A stretch of DNA of 64,000 nucleotides from positions 192,001 to 256,000 of the forward strand of contig CAVVMW010000022.1 of NCBI GenBank assembly GCA_963749495.1, read 5' to 3'. Both the position numbers and the translations under genes were made by a program. This document shows positions 1-13,300 of the stretch, in pieces. This stretch comes from an uncultured bacterium (lineage in GTDB: Bacteria; Verrucomicrobiota; Verrucomicrobiia; Limisphaerales; UBA8199). Within the stretch, counting starts at the first letter, position 1. Every line of letters starts with the position of its first letter. The notes beneath the pieces were generated by a model. That model ran no database searches. It had not been told where the DNA came from and saw only the letters and a list, made by a program, of their open reading frames with translations.

Positions 1-980
1 AGGGTTCTTTCTCCAAACATTTCAGGCAGATGGTCTCCAGGTCGCGCGGCACCGCGGGGTTGAGCAAGCGCGGCGCGACCGGTTCGGCGTGGAGAACGAG
101 GTCGAGGGTTTGGGCCAGGGATTCGGCCTGGAACGGCGGACGCCCGGTCAGCAGGTGATAGAGCGTGGCACCCAGGGCATAGACATCCGTGCGCCGGGAA
201 ACGCGCGCCCGCTGACCGGCGGCTTGTTCGGGCGGCAGGTAATGGGGCGAGCCCAGCACCTGGCCGGTCACGGTCAATTCCGAATCGCCCTCCAACCGCC
301 GGGCCAGGCCGAAGTCCACTACGTGCGGCTGGTCCTGCGCGTCGATCAGGACGTTCGAGGGTTTCAAGTCGCGATGCAGGATGCCCCGCTCATGGGCGTA
401 GTGGACCGCCTCGGCGACGGTTTTGAGATAGGTGGCAGAGCGCTCGGCCGGTAGCGGTTGGTTGCGCACGAGCCGCGCCAGGCTCTGGCTTTCCACGTAG
501 TCCATCACGAAAAAGTGTTGTCCCTCGTGAATGCCGACTTCGTGTATGGCCACGATGTTGGGGTGGTGGAGACTCGCGGCCGAGACCGCCTCCGCACGGA
601 ACCGCTGGATCAGCTCCGGATTGGACCAGGCCGAAGGCCATCATCTTGATCGCGACCACGCGGTCCAGGCTGCGTTGCCGGGCGCGATAAACCACCCCCA
701 TGCCACCGCGGCCGATCTCTTCCAGCAACTCGTAGTCGCCGAACTGGTCGGCGATTTCCGGCTTGCGATTCCCGATGGCGGAAGCGTCGGCTGGGCTGGG
801 CCCTCCGCCCTCCGGCCTCTGCCCTTTGACCTCCGACTCCTGTTCCTCCGCGTCCAGGTTCAGGGCTGAGCTGAACATGCCGTCGCTGGCCAGCAGGAAG
901 AGGCACTTGGGACAGAACCCTTGCCGGGCGTCCCCAGCAAGGGGCGCACCACATTTCAGACACGTGTTCTGAGTAGTCAT
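1..980 (-). CDS. Ser/Thr protein kinase (Hanks type), N-terminal CxxC...CxxC knuckle; 1-bp frameshift near 628; runs off the left edge
   Basis: ORF 390..980 gives [10 protein letters not shown] and VAIKMM. The shifted frame continues [18 protein letters not shown]...HRDLKPSN...DFGLA...[10 protein letters not shown]...DVYALG. Confidence 0.92.
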
Positions 981-1112
981 ATCGGCCCTGTCGTACTCTG
1001 CCGCTACTGTTAGTACCGGAGAAAACCGTGAGTCGGGACAAGGTTTTCTATTTCACCCCAAGGGCTGTCCGCCCTTGGCCGGGTCGCTCCGATCCGCAGC
1101 ACGACCTGTCCG

Positions 1113-1862
1113 TTACCCGGCCATCACGGCGCACAGATAGCGCATCTCTGCCTCAACCTCGGCCGGGTCGGCAACCGTTTGGGCAATTGCCTCGCGGAAC
1201 AGCTCGTAGTAACGGCGTCGCAAACGCTGGGCGGCCTTCTTAACCGCCTCGCCGGTCATGCTCAGCTCTGCCGCAACGTCAGCGTAGGTCGCCTGGCCCG
1301 TCTCGGGCACCAGGAACACGCGGAGTCGCTCGAACACTCCGGCCTTGCCCGCTTCCTGGCACTCCCGTTCCAGCCGCGCCAGCACGGTGTCCAACAAGGC
1401 CAAGGCCCAGGAGCGCTCGAACAGTTTGTCGGGGCTCCAATCGTCCACAGGTTCGAGCCAATATCGCTGTTCGGCCGCTTGGGCATCGAACGAAAGGATG
1501 GGGTGCCCCCCGCCGCGCTTCCGGGCATTGGCGCGATCGCGTTGGTCGGCCAGGAAATAATTCAGCCCGGCGAGCAGAAACGAGCGAAACCGTCCTTTGC
1601 TGCGCTCCACGCGCGCGAACGACTTGCTCTCCAGCAACTGGAGGAGGAAGCCTTGCGTCAGGTCTTGCGCGTCCTCATGGCCATAGCCCCGCCTGCGCAC
1701 GTAAGCGTAGAGAGGATACCAATAAGTGCGACAGAGTTGTTCCAGGGCGGCCGTGGATTGAGGCGTCCCCCGCTGGCCCGCCGCCAGCACCACGCTCCAG
1801 TGGGTGGTGGCAAATCCTCCCCCGTGCGCCTGAACTTCGGAATCTGTGTCTTCCGTCGCCAC
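1113..1862 (-). CDS. ECF sigma-70 factor, kinase-associated type
   Basis: FATTHWSVVLAAG, YWYPLYAYVRRRG..DAQDLTQGF region 2; C-terminal HTH (YADVAAELSMTGEAVKKAAQRLRRRY); lies directly upstream of the kinase. Confidence 0.9.
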   Translation of the reverse strand: MATEDTDSEVQAHGGGFATTHWSVVLAAGQRGTPQSTAALEQLCRTYWYPLYAYVRRRGYGHEDAQDLTQGFLLQLLESKSFARVERSKGRFRSFLLAGLNYFLADQRDRANARKRGGGHPILSFDAQAAEQRYWLEPVDDWSPDKLFERSWALALLDTVLARLERECQEAGKAGVFERLRVFLVPETGQATYADVAAELSMTGEAVKKAAQRLRRRYYELFREAIAQTVADPAEVEAEMRYLCAVMAG

Positions 1863-1942
1863 GAGGCCATTGAACCAAATTCAGCGGCCATTGCACGCCA
1901 AATCTGGGCCGCAGCAACGACTGGAACGGCTGGGCAGTTGGA

Positions 1943-2217
1943 CAATGTTGGATTTCCTGGGAAAAGTCGCCAGCGTGGTCAATCTTGTCCCGGAGGGACA
2001 CTTGACAATAGCCCAACGTTTCAACGTTGGGTTTAAGCGCCACGGGGGAATAAGTCCCGTAGGGACGGCTGAAAAAGACGGTTGAGTTCAGCCGTCCCTA
2101 CGGGACTTGACCGCCTCGGCCCCACCACCCAACGCTGAAGCGCTGGGCTATTCTCAGATGTCCCTCCGGGACAGGAATCGGGCACCTTCAGCCTGTTTCC
2201 GAGGAAATCTAACATTG
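1943..2217. mobile_element. MITE-like element: CAATG-type inverted ends enclosing a REP doublet (GTCCCGGAGGGAC family)
   Basis: Ends CAATGTTGGATTTCCTGGGAAA / TTTCCGAGGAAATCTAACATTG. The internal palindromic unit recurs at 33696 and 60326. Confidence 0.7.
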
Positions 2218-2292
2218 TCGAAGTAGGCGGGTCAGGTCCAAGCCTCGATGCAATGGCATCAATCGTCCCTTGCGCCGGACCATTGCACAACA

Positions 2293-2454
2293 GTGACTGT
2301 TCAGGTGTAACTGTTCAGGCTGGAATGTGGGGCAGACCTCTGGTCTGCCGGTTGGCCGGGCCTCTGGCCCGGAGGTTCGACGTTGAATGCGGCACGGAGC
2401 CGGAGGCTCCTTGAACCGGCAGGCCGGAGGCCTGCCCCACACCTGAACAGTTAC
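2293..2454. mobile_element. MITE with GTAA-type inverted ends and 8-bp target duplication
   Basis: Ends GTGACTGTTCAGGTGT / ACACCTGAACAGTTAC (15/16); flanks GCACAACA and GCACAGCA; internal palindrome. Confidence 0.7.
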
Positions 2455-2557
2455 GCACAGCAATTGGGCCGGATTTAGGGGTGGTCCGGATTTGGATTTG
2501 ATTGGCCGGGCGATCTTTGCTTGGTTGGCGGGAGCATGAACACGAAACAGAAAGTCA

Positions 2558-4957
2558 ATGAAAGCCTTTATTGAAACTCGCGGTCTGGTCGCCGCCGCCG
2601 TTGTGGGCGCGACCCTCCTCACCTCCGGTCCCGCCTTGGCCGGCAAGCTCGAGCCGCAAGCTGCCAGGCGTGGCGGCAGTTCCGGGGCGCCGGCGCTGCC
2701 GGAGTTCGAGGGCGAGTTCGCCGGTGAAGCCCAGGCGCCGGAAGAGCCCCTCAGTCTCTGGTATCGCCGGCCCGCAACGGTCTGGACCGAAGCGCTCGCC
2801 ATCGGCAGCGGCCGTCTCGGCGCGATGGTTTTCGGCGGCATTAAGCGCGAGCGTCTCCAACTCAACGAAGACACTCTCTGGGGCGGCGGCCCTTACGACC
2901 AGAACAACCCGGAGGCGCTGGCGGCATTGCCCGAGGCGCGCCGGTTGGTGTTCGATGGCAGGTATCGCGAGGCCGACCAACTGGTGAACCAGAAAATGAT
3001 CGCCAAGCCGCGCGGCCAGATGCCTTACCAAACCGTCGGCGATTTGCTGCTGAGCTTCCCGGAAACCGACTCCGTGGCGAACTATCGCCGCGACCTGAAC
3101 CTGGACACGGCCATTACCCGCGTCATTTACTCCGCCGGCGGCGTGAAGTTCACGCGCGAAGTCTTCGCCAGCCCCGTGGACCAGGTGATCGTGATGCGCA
3201 TCACCGCCGACAAACCGGGCCAGGTTGCGTTCTCCGCGAGTTTCAAGACGCCGCAGCGAGCCTCCACGCGCAACGACGGGCCGGACACGCTCGTGTTGAG
3301 CGGCGTCAACGGCAAGGCCGCCGGCATCGAGGGCGCGCTGAAATTCCAGGCCCGCGTCAAGGTGATCGCCTCCGGCGGCAGAACCAGCGCCGACGCGGAC
3401 CAGGTTTCCGTGACCAATGCCGATTCCGTTGTGCTGCTCATCGCCGCGGCAACGAGTTACAAGAGCTTCAAGGACGTGAGTGGGGACCCGGACGCGCTGG
3501 CGAGGAATTACATCGGCGCCGCGAGCACGAGGTCTTTCGACGCCTTGCGCCAGGCCCACATTGCCGAACACCAGCGGCTGTTCCGGCGCGTTGAGCTGAA
3601 CCTTGGCGCCACCGACGCGATGAAGCTGCCCACCGACGAGCGCATCAAACACTTCGCGGGCGGAAAGGACCCTCAGCTTGCGGCCCTTTACTTCCAGTTC
3701 GGCCGCTACCTGCTGCTGTCCTGCTCGCGCCCCGGCGGGCAGCCGGCCAATTTGCAGGGCCTCTGGGCAGAGGGCATGGACCCGCCTTGGGGCGGCAAAT
3801 ACACCATCAACATCAACACCGAGATGAACTACTGGCCCGCCGAGACGTGCAATCTGGGGGAATGCGCCGAACCGCTCCTCCGCATGGTGGAGGACCTCAC
3901 CGAAACCGGCGCGCGCGCCGCCAGGATGCACTGGGGGGCCGGCGGCTGGGTCGCGCACCACAACACCGACCTCTGGCGCGCGGCGTCGCCCATTGACGGG
4001 CCGTGGGGGCACTGGCCCACCGGCGGCGCCTGGCTCTGCCAAAACCTCTGGGAACACTACCTCTTCACCGAGGATCTCGGCTTTTTGAAGCGCCTCTACC
4101 CGGCGATGAAAGGCGCCGCGCAATTCTTCCTCGATTCCCTGGTCGAAGACCCCAAGCACCACTGGCTGGTCACTTGCCCGTCGGCGTCGCCGGAACACGG
4201 CATCCCGGCTGGCGGCAGCATCTGCGCGGGGCCCGCGATGGACGAGCAAATCATCCGCGACCTTTTCGGCAACTGCATCCGGGCGTCGGAGATTCTCGGC
4301 GTGGACGCGGACTTGCGCCAACAACTCGCGGCCAGGCGCGCCCGCCTCGCGCCCAACCAAATCGGCAGCGCCGGCCAACTCCAGGAATGGCTCGACGATT
4401 GGGACATGGAAGCGCCCGACCGCCATCATCGACACGTCTCACATCTCTACGGCCTTTTTCCCAGCGCGCAGATTTCCTTGCGTGCCACGCCGGAACTGGC
4501 GGCGGCAGTGAAGAGGTCGCTGGAGATTCGCGGCGACAACGCCACCGGCTGGGCCATCGCCTGGCGGCTCTGCCTCTGGGCGCGCCTGCAAGATGCCGAG
4601 CACACTTACAAGATTCTCACGCTCCTCATCCGCCCCGACCGCACCTACCCAAACCTGTTCGACGCCCACCCGCCTTTCCAGATCAACGGCAACTTTGGCG
4701 GCGCCGCCGGCATCGCCGAGATGCTTCTCCAAAGTCACGCCGGGGAGATCGAGTTGCTGCCCGCCCTCCCTCAGGCCTGGCCCACCGGCTCTGTGAAGGG
4801 CCTGCGCGCCCGCGGCAACCTCACCGTGGACATCGCCTGGAAGGACGGCAAACTCGCCTCCTGCCGCCTCGCCTCGCCTGAGCCGCACCCGGTAAGAGTG
4901 CGGGTGAACGGAGAAGTGAAGACCGTTACGCCGGAGAGATTGGCAGAAACCAGGTGA
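2558..4957 (+). CDS. Glycoside hydrolase family 95 (alpha-L-fucosidase-like), secreted
   Basis: [40 protein letters not shown] and [11 protein letters not shown] motifs; signal peptide. Confidence 0.95.
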   Translation: MKAFIETRGLVAAAVVGATLLTSGPALAGKLEPQAARRGGSSGAPALPEFEGEFAGEAQAPEEPLSLWYRRPATVWTEALAIGSGRLGAMVFGGIKRERLQLNEDTLWGGGPYDQNNPEALAALPEARRLVFDGRYREADQLVNQKMIAKPRGQMPYQTVGDLLLSFPETDSVANYRRDLNLDTAITRVIYSAGGVKFTREVFASPVDQVIVMRITADKPGQVAFSASFKTPQRASTRNDGPDTLVLSGVNGKAAGIEGALKFQARVKVIASGGRTSADADQVSVTNADSVVLLIAAATSYKSFKDVSGDPDALARNYIGAASTRSFDALRQAHIAEHQRLFRRVELNLGATDAMKLPTDERIKHFAGGKDPQLAALYFQFGRYLLLSCSRPGGQPANLQGLWAEGMDPPWGGKYTININTEMNYWPAETCNLGECAEPLLRMVEDLTETGARAARMHWGAGGWVAHHNTDLWRAASPIDGPWGHWPTGGAWLCQNLWEHYLFTEDLGFLKRLYPAMKGAAQFFLDSLVEDPKHHWLVTCPSASPEHGIPAGGSICAGPAMDEQIIRDLFGNCIRASEILGVDADLRQQLAARRARLAPNQIGSAGQLQEWLDDWDMEAPDRHHRHVSHLYGLFPSAQISLRATPELAAAVKRSLEIRGDNATGWAIAWRLCLWARLQDAEHTYKILTLLIRPDRTYPNLFDAHPPFQINGNFGGAAGIAEMLLQSHAGEIELLPALPQAWPTGSVKGLRARGNLTVDIAWKDGKLASCRLASPEPHPVRVRVNGEVKTVTPERLAETR

Positions 4958-5014
4958 ACACCCACGCGCCGGGCTTGTGGCCGAACTTCCGGGCAAAGTC
5001 GAAGCACATCTCCA

Positions 5015-8000
5015 ATGCAATCGGTGAATCAGCGCTATGCTTGCTGGCTGGCTGCCGTGCTCGCCATTTCCGGTCCGGTCCTGGACACGCGGGCTGGGAC
5101 CGGCATTTTCTCGTGCGATTTCAAGGGCAAACTGGCCCCGGAATGGAAAGTGGCCGGCGGGAAGTGGGAGCTCAATGGCGAATGCCTGGCACAGACCGAT
5201 GACGGGCCGGCGGACCCGAAGAAGGCGCTGCTCCTCACGGGCAACCCCGAGGCGCTCTCGACCAATGTGATCGTGGTGGCCAAAGTGCGGATCGATTCTT
5301 GGCCCAAACAGAGCGATTCGCGCATCGGCATTACCGTCTGCTCCGACCCCGAGAGCGGGCGCGGATACAACCTGGTGTTCCACCAGGGCAGGCTCCAGTT
5401 CATGCGCGATTATGTGGCTTGGGGCGAAGGGGCGCCTTTCCCATACGAGAGCGGGAAATGGTATTGGCTAAAACTGCGCAAGGAGGCCGATGAGCTGGAA
5501 GGCAAGGCCTGGAAGGACGGGGAACCGGAACCAACCGATTGGATGGTGGCATGGAACGAGGACCAGGATGAGGCGCTCGGCTATCCCGGGCTCAATGGCG
5601 GCTCGCTGGGCGGGCCGGCCCGGCTGTCCTTCGCCGAGTTCCGAGTCGAGCGAATCGCCGGGCCGGAGGAGAGCAGGCGCCCGGAGAGCGCCGACCTGGG
5701 CCTGGACGGCACGTGGCAGGTGCGGCCTGAGTCGAAGGGCTGCATCGGCGTAGCCGGTCTGCGCCAGGTGGGGTTGCCCTCGGAAGGTTGGATGGCGGCG
5801 CAGGTGCCGGGAGAGATTCACCTGGACCTGATGAAGGCCGGGAAAATGCCAGACCCGGCAGCCGGTCTGAACATGCCCAAGTGCCGCTGGCCCGAGACGA
5901 ATTCCTGGTGGTATCGGACGGTGTTCGAGGTCGCGCCCGATTTCCTGCGCTACGAACGGCAACGGCTGGTATTCGACGGTCTCGATCTCTACGCGCAGGT
6001 GTTCTTGAATGGGAACCTCGTGGGCGAAGCGGCCGATGCCTTTGTGCCGGCGGCCTTCGACGTAAAGCGGTGGGTGCATGCCGGGCGCAACGAATTGGTG
6101 GTGCGCCTGACCGACGGCAGCGAACTGGTACCGGCGGACGCCGGCGGAAACTCGAGGACGTTCCAATGGGGCGGAAGAATCTGGCTCAGGAAACCGCAGT
6201 TCGCATGGGGCTGGGACTGGGTGGACGGGCTGCCGAACATCGGGATTTGGCGGAGCGCACGGCTGGAAGGCAGGCGGCGCGCGGTGCTGCACCAGGTGCG
6301 CCTGGATACCGTGCGGCACAACGGCCGGGTGTGTCTGGAGATGGAGGCCGTGTTGGAGAACCTGAGCCCGACGCGACTGCGGGCCTGCACGCTGGCGCTG
6401 GAGATTCAGCCACCCGGCGGCGCTACTCCGATCGCCAAGCGTTATCCGGCAGCGGCGCCCCCCGGGCGGATGCCGGTGCGGGACCTGATCGAGATCCCAG
6501 GCCCAAGCTCTGGTGGCCCAACGGCCTGGGAGAACAGCCGCTCTACCGGGTGGTCGCCTGCGTCACCGATGCCGCGGGCTCCGTCACTTACGATCGGCGG
6601 GAATTTTCGATTGGCCTGCGAACGATTGACCTGGATCGCCGCCCGCTGGCGCAGGGCACCCGGTTTTGTTTCCGGGTCAACGGCCAGGAGGTGTATTGCC
6701 GTGGCGGCAACCTCGGTCCGCAGGACCCAATCCTCGCCCGCGTTTCCGATGCCAAGTACCAAACGCTCGTGGCTGAGGCCAGGAACGCCCATTTCACCAT
6801 GTTCCGTCTCAACGGCGTCGCGGAATTCGAGGGACCGGCGTTCTACGAAGCCTGCAACCGGGCGGGCATCCTGATCTGGCACGATTTCATGTTCGCTTGC
6901 TCGGCCTATCCGGACGCGGATGAACGATTCATGGCGGCGGCGCGGGCGGAAATCGAGTCGGCCGTGCGGCTCTATCGGCACCATCCGAGCATCGCCCTGT
7001 GGAGCGCGGACAATGAATGCTACGGGAACTCGCCGAAACTGTTCGAGCAACTCATCCCGGACGTTTGCCGCCAACTGGACCCACGCCGTCCCTTTTGGCC
7101 CGGGAACCCCGCTGGCGGAAACCTGTCGGGCGACACTCATGACTGGTATTGCGCGTTTCTGACGCCCGGGGCCATCCCACCGGAGTTTCGCGTGCGTTTT
7201 GTGAGTGAGTATGGGATTCTGGGCCCCTGCCACCCGGACTCGATTCGCGCGTATCTGGGCGGCACGGAGATCGTCCGTGGCGATGCCGCCTGGCGGTTCC
7301 ACACCCAGGAGTGGGAGCGCGCCAACGATTTCGTCGGCAAGGGCATCCGGCTCAATTATGCCGACCCGGAGGGGTTGAGCGCGTCTGAATGGGCAACCTA
7401 CGGGCAGATGTGGCAGGCGATAATGCAGGGCGGGATGATGGAAGCCTTGCGCTTCCAAAAAGGGGACCCGGCGAACGATTGCGAGGGGGCGCTGATCTGG
7501 TCTTACACCGATTGTGTAGGCGAGACCGGTTGGGCGATTCTGGATTACTATATGCGCCGCAAGGCCGCCTACTATTGGTTTAGGCGGGCGGCGGCGCCGT
7601 TGAAGGTCCTGGTGCGCGAGCGGGGCGGGCAGTTGGAAACGCGGGTCGTGAACGACACTCTCGAACCGGTGAATGGCACCGTGGAAACAGGGTGGTGGCG
7701 GCTCGACGGGCGAGGCAAAGAGGTGACAGCGCATCGCCTCGCGATCGAGCCCAATCAGATGGTGAAGATTGCCAGGGAGCCGGCGCCGGCAGGCGGGCGG
7801 CACAATCCGAGCGAATGGCTGTATGCGGCCGTGCTGCGCGCGAAAGACGGCCGCGCGGCGGACCAGGCGGTGTGGCTCGGGGCGCCGTGCCGGAGGCTCA
7901 AGCTGGTGGAACCGCACATCGAGACGGCCCGGCTCGCGGATGGCTCTCTCGAGGTTTCGAGCGCCGTGTTCGCGCACGCGGTGCACACGGAGGACCATGG

Positions 8001-8118
8001 GCACGAATTGATCTCAGACAATTGGTTCGACCTGCTGCCCGGCGTGCCGGCGCGGCTTCGCGTGGTTGCGCCGGGCGGGGCCGAGGTCATCCATTTAGAG
8101 GCGGTGATGCCGAAATAA
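5015..8118 (+). CDS. GH2 beta-mannosidase-like glycosidase with N-terminal beta-sandwich; 1-bp frameshift near 6500
   Basis: LVFDGLD and [11 protein letters not shown] lie in ORF 5015. [36 protein letters not shown] and FVSEYG lie in the shifted frame (ORF ending 8118). Confidence 0.9.
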
Positions 8119-8211
8119 GGCCTCAGTCTCCACGGAGATAACTGCCCCGCTTTGGCCGGGGCCGATGAAAAGGCGGCTCTTGGGCTGTCGGGGGCCGAAT
8201 CGGCGGGCGTG

Positions 8212-10158
8212 TCATGAACGGGCTTGGGCGAGCACTGGCTCGGGAGCGGGGCGGAGGGCCGGTTGCGGAAGGTTGGAGGCCGGCTGCCGCCCGGCAACGC
8301 CGGCCGCCTGCACGCAAGGGGCAGAAGCGGGGAGAGGCAGTTCGACGGTGAAGCGGGCACCGCCGAGAGGGGAATCGTCGCAGCAGATGCGCCCGCGGTG
8401 TTCCATTGCGAAGGTGTGGGCGAGCGAGAGACCGAGGCCCGTGCCGACCCCGATGGGTTTGGTGGTAAAGAAAGGCTCGAAGATCTTTGCGCGCAAATCT
8501 GCCGGCACACCGGGTCCGCTGTCCTCGACCCGCACCATGACCCGGTTTGATTCCTGCCAGGTTGAAAGGCGGAGTTTCCTCGGGTTCGTAACGGTCTCCA
8601 GGGCCTGCAAGGCGTTGTTCAGGAGGATGATGACCACCTGCTGGATTTGGTCCCGGCTAACCAATACGCTGGGAAGCTGTGGAGCCAGCTCCTGGATTAC
8701 CTCCACACGCCACTTGCGGAAGTCCGAGGCGCGCAACTCGATGAGAGCGCGCAGAATGCCGTTCAAGTCCGCGTGTTCTTTCTCGGCGGAGCCCGCGCGG
8801 GCGAGGTTGAGAACATTCTGCAATAACCGCGCGGCCCGGCGGCTTTCATTGAGGGCCAAGGTCAAGTATCCCCTGGTCTGTTCCGCCAGTTCTGCGTCCA
8901 GGAGACTCAGCTCAATGAAGCCGCAGTTGGCCGCCAGAGGCGTGTTCAACTCGTGGACCAGACCCGACATCATCTGGCCGAGCCCCGAGAGCTTTTCCGC
9001 CTGCCGGAGCTGCTGCTCGAATCTCGAGCGGTCCGTCACCTCGCGAACATAAAACTGAAAGGCCTTGTCCCCCGCAAAATCCACTGCCGAGCCCGCCACC
9101 TCCGCCTTGGCCTGGCTGCCGTCTCTGCGGCGAATGGTCTGAATGCGGTCATGACAGAGCGAGTCGAACCAGGCAAGCCCGGGCGCCTGGGGCGCGGCCT
9201 CGGCCTGGGCGACATCCAGCCACTGGAACAGGGAAGACTGGCAGGCCTCCTGGGCTGGCACACCCAGAACCCGCACGGCCGCCGGGTTGATGCCGACGAT
9301 CTGCAGATCCTCCTGGGTCGTGATCACGATTGGTTCGCTCGACTGCTCGAACAAGAAACGATAGCGCTTCTCCGTCAGGAGGATACGGTTTTGGAGCAGG
9401 GCTTTCTCTGTCTCCTTGCTCCGCAACTGGTTGGCGGCGCGTTTCTCGCGTTGGAAGCGGATTTCCTCGAGCACCAGGATAATCATGTTCACCGCAATGA
9501 ACATCTGTAGCACGCTGGCGCAGAAGAAGGCCGTGCTCATGTAGTCCGTGAGCAGCTCCATGAACGGATACGCCGCGACGAACAGCCCCCAGAGGGTGAA
9601 CCCGATGCAGAGCAGGCCGGCACCCAGGTACCTGCGCTTGCGGCGGTACTGAAAGAACCCCCATACAGTCACCAGGCTCGAACAGCCGATCAGCACGAAA
9701 ATGGGCATTTGGAGAACCAACCGGTCGGTTGGGCCAAGGACCTGCCTAAGGCCCGCCCATGGGAAGTTGGCCGCATAACTCCAGCACAGCAGGAAAACCA
9801 GAAAGAGCCCCAAAGTCACCTGCCGAACGCGCATGCCCAGAAAGCGGAGTCCGCCCCATAGCATGAAGACCGAGGCCACGCTCATGGACCACTGCTTGAG
9901 CATTGTTGCCCACCAACTCTCCCCGCTGAAGCTGCCATAGTTCAAAAACAGACTGTAGGAAATCGTCAAATACAGCGCGTAAAACAGCCACGCCGTCGTC
10001 CAGATGGAAAAGTACTTGCGCCGCGTGTAGTAGTTCAGATAGGAAAACACCCCCACCAGCAGCCAAACGCTGACCAAAGAGATGAACAGCCCCGCCCGAA
10101 GTTGCCCCCGAGTGTCAAAGCCGAAATCCCACGCAAATGCAAGCAGCCCTATGCTCAT
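8212..10158 (-). CDS. Membrane sensor histidine kinase (multi-TM + PAS + HisKA + HATPase)
   Basis: Hydrophobic N-terminus; [11 protein letters not shown]-box; [27 protein letters not shown]. Confidence 0.93.
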   Translation of the reverse strand: MSIGLLAFAWDFGFDTRGQLRAGLFISLVSVWLLVGVFSYLNYYTRRKYFSIWTTAWLFYALYLTISYSLFLNYGSFSGESWWATMLKQWSMSVASVFMLWGGLRFLGMRVRQVTLGLFLVFLLCWSYAANFPWAGLRQVLGPTDRLVLQMPIFVLIGCSSLVTVWGFFQYRRKRRYLGAGLLCIGFTLWGLFVAAYPFMELLTDYMSTAFFCASVLQMFIAVNMIILVLEEIRFQREKRAANQLRSKETEKALLQNRILLTEKRYRFLFEQSSEPIVITTQEDLQIVGINPAAVRVLGVPAQEACQSSLFQWLDVAQAEAAPQAPGLAWFDSLCHDRIQTIRRRDGSQAKAEVAGSAVDFAGDKAFQFYVREVTDRSRFEQQLRQAEKLSGLGQMMSGLVHELNTPLAANCGFIELSLLDAELAEQTRGYLTLALNESRRAARLLQNVLNLARAGSAEKEHADLNGILRALIELRASDFRKWRVEVIQELAPQLPSVLVSRDQIQQVVIILLNNALQALETVTNPRKLRLSTWQESNRVMVRVEDSGPGVPADLRAKIFEPFFTTKPIGVGTGLGLSLAHTFAMEHRGRICCDDSPLGGARFTVELPLPASAPCVQAAGVAGRQPASNLPQPALRPAPEPVLAQARS

Positions 10159-10267
10159 GTTCGTTGTTGCCTTTCATTAAAGCGGCCCAACGATGGGTAT
10201 CGGCTGGAATGAAAAGTAGTTTAGTCAAAAATCTGTGTGGATACACTCAACCCCCCAGAAGGGACGA

Positions 10268-10309
10268 CCCCTCACCCCAGCCCTCTCCCCATCGGATGGG
10301 GAGAGGGGG
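10268..10309. repeat. REP-like hairpin (CCCTCACCCC..CCCTCTCCCC....GGGGAGAGGG family), single copy
   Basis: Same unit occurs at 29762, 43425 and 56911. Confidence 0.8.
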
Positions 10310-10351
10310 CATGGTTGGCCGCCGCGGGTTGCAGGCCAACACCTGGGCAGG

Positions 10352-13300
10352 TCAGTGCGCCAGGCGGTAAAACTTCGCCTTGCCCGTCGGGACGATATTG
10401 ACCACGTTCTGGGAGCCCTGCACCGTCACCGTTGCGGTGGAATTGGTCCAACCGCCCGGCAGGGCGGAGGTCTCTTGCAAGACGAAGCCCGTTGCGGAGG
10501 CCGGCCATGTGATGACCACCTTGCCGGCCGAGAGGCTGGAGGAAAGCGAGGGTGGAAGAGCCAGCGGCATGTTGTTGGCCCGCGAACGGTAAGCCAACAG
10601 CGCCTGCGGGTTGCTGGTATCGTTGAGCAGCACCTTGTTCCCGTCCCGGTCCATGGTGAACCATTCCAGGTTCAGCGCGTTGCCCGCCGAATACTCGCCG
10701 TTGCCATTTTCCCAGACGAGCCGCAGCGGATAGACCCCCGCCGCCGGGACGTTGAAACCGAACAAGGTGTCGGCCGAGCCGCGGCCGGCATTGAAGAACC
10801 CCAGATTGGTGTAAGCATGGGTCTGCAAGGTGACGGTGACGGCGGTCCCGGCCCCGTAGGCTGAATGGAGAACCTGTCCGGACGAGTAATTGACCTCCAC
10901 CGCCGGAATCGTCAGCCCGGTCCCGTCGCCGCCTAAGGTGATGATGCGGTCGCTGGTAGTCTGCTGGTCGGCCACGATCAGACCGATCGCCCCCGCCGCC
11001 ACGACATTGCTGACCATCTGCTGGAAGGACACCGCGCCGCGATCGATCAATGCAATGGCGCCTTGCAAGGCGCTTGCGTTGGAGATGGACGCGCTGTCGT
11101 CCGGCGGCTGGGTTTCCACCAGCTTGCCGGTCACGGGTCCAATGGCAGCCAACTGCGGCAGCGCCGGGCTGAAGCCGGCCTCGATGGCCAGCAGATTGGT
11201 CGCCAGATTGGCCGGCGCCGTGACCGCCACCAGGTAAACCGGGTAATCCTGGTTGGTGGCTTCGGACACCCGGAAGCCGTCGTCACTGTTCACGCCCATC
11301 CAATAAGGACCGGCCTGGGGGAATGCCACGAAGGTCAGCCATTCGGCGGCCGTGTTGCCCGTGCTCCCGGTCGTGCCCGGCAGGCCCGGGAACGGCGCAT
11401 CCGGGTAGCCGTTGGAGGCCTGGAAATCGCCTATCCCGCCGGAAGCTCCGGCGTTGATGGCGCCGTCGTAGTTGATGACGCCGGTGACATCGAAGTAGCC
11501 ATTGTCCGTGGCGAGGGTATCATCGGCCAGGTTGGGCAGTTCGCCCCCTGCGAGCATGATCTCGGCCTGGGCGTCGGAGTTTTCATTGGCGGTGGCGGTC
11601 TGGACCATCCGGCAACGGAAACCCGGCGCATTGGTGTTGGCTGAGCCGGGCGCCGTGGCCAGGGCGGGATTGAGCGTGGGCATCGCCAGGGTGACGAAGC
11701 TGAAAGTCTGGTCGAGCGTGACCGGGGGGCTGTTCTTGTCGCTCAAGATCAACTCCACCGTATTGGTCCCCGCCGGCAGAAGCGGATAGGCATAAGTGAC
11801 GATGACGCCCGCCGGATTGTTGGTTGGCGTCACCGTGGCGCTGGCGGCCACGTCGGCGCCGTTGAGCCAGAGTTGGAGGCTGCTGAGGTTAAGGGGGTAA
11901 CTGCCCTGAGTGATGACGAACTGGAGTGTGGGCTGCAGGACGGAGCTCTCTTGCGGCGCCGGTGACGCCGAGACGAGTTGCGGCGGCACGCGTATGCCCT
12001 GCACCAGGCGAATGTTGTCCAGCAAAAGGGTCACATCGCCCACGGAATGGGTCGTGAATACCAAGCTGGCGCTGGGCGCATCGTTCGTGAACACGAAGTA
12101 CTGCGTGAGATAGGCATTGTCGTCGCCCACCGGGGTGATCGGTTGGCCCGTGAGCAGGGCCTGGTCGCCAAAGGCGACGTCGTAGGTCATCGAGTTGCCG
12201 CTGGCAGTGGTGCGCAGGTTCACACCGTAACTGAAGGTGTAGGGCTGGCCCACCGTGAGGCCGCTGATATTATTGGCGGCCGTGTCCGACCCCTGCAAGA
12301 AGAGCACCTCATCCTGGTCTGGCGCCATGCCGTTGTCCCCAAAGGGATCGCCAGGACTGATATTGCAGCCATAGCCGCCGGTCATGGTCCACCCGTCGAT
12401 CGGCCCCGGCTGGAGATAGCCCGGAGCGGGCCCCTCGCCACTGGCCTCGAAACTCGGGTTCTCGATAACGGTCTCGAGGGCATCGCGCTGCACCATGTTG
12501 ACGGCGTCCAGGAACAAGGCCGGGGTGGTGTTCGCGACGGTCGGGCTGCTGGAGAACTCGAGCAACTCCGAGGCGTTGGTCGGCACGAAGACCAGGTTCG
12601 TGAAATAGAATGGGACATCCCCGATAGCCGAGCCGGCGGCGGTGATGTTGGGTATCGTGGCCAGGAGGTTGCCGCCCAGTTTGACTTTCAGATCAACGGC
12701 GGCGGCGCCGAGGGCGGCGGCGTTGTAGCGGAATTGGAGCCAATAATTCTTTCCCGGAGCCAGGCCGAAGATCTGCTGCGAGAGCGTGGTCGCACCCTTT
12801 AGGACAGCCACCTGTTTGCGGTCCGGAATGATGCCATTGTCCAAATCCGGGCCGGTGGAGTCCTCGACTCCGGAGCCGCCGGTCCAACTGGGGATCGGGC
12901 TGACGCCGGCGGCCGCATCTTCAAAACTGGGGTTGCCGACAAAAGAGGTGTGAACCTTTATTGACGGAAGCGAGGCCACTTTCAGGCCGGCAGTCGCCGT
13001 GGCGCTCAGCCCCGCCGAGCCCCGGGCCAAGCCCTGAATCTGGAAGGATTGCACGTTCGTGGCGCCCGGGGCAAAGTGCAGTTTGAGCACTCCGTTGGCA
13101 TCCGCGTTGACGAGCGCGGCCACCGTCGGGACGGAAATGGTCAGGCTAAGGTCGGCTGCTGAGGAGGCGAGGAAAGCCGCTGGCACGGTCACCTGGATCT
13201 GCCCGGTCTGGCCCGCGGCCAGCTCCAACGATTCCGGCGCGAAGGCGAGCGGGTAAGTGGCCGCCACCTGCCCCACCAGGCGGACATCGTCCAGGAGCAG

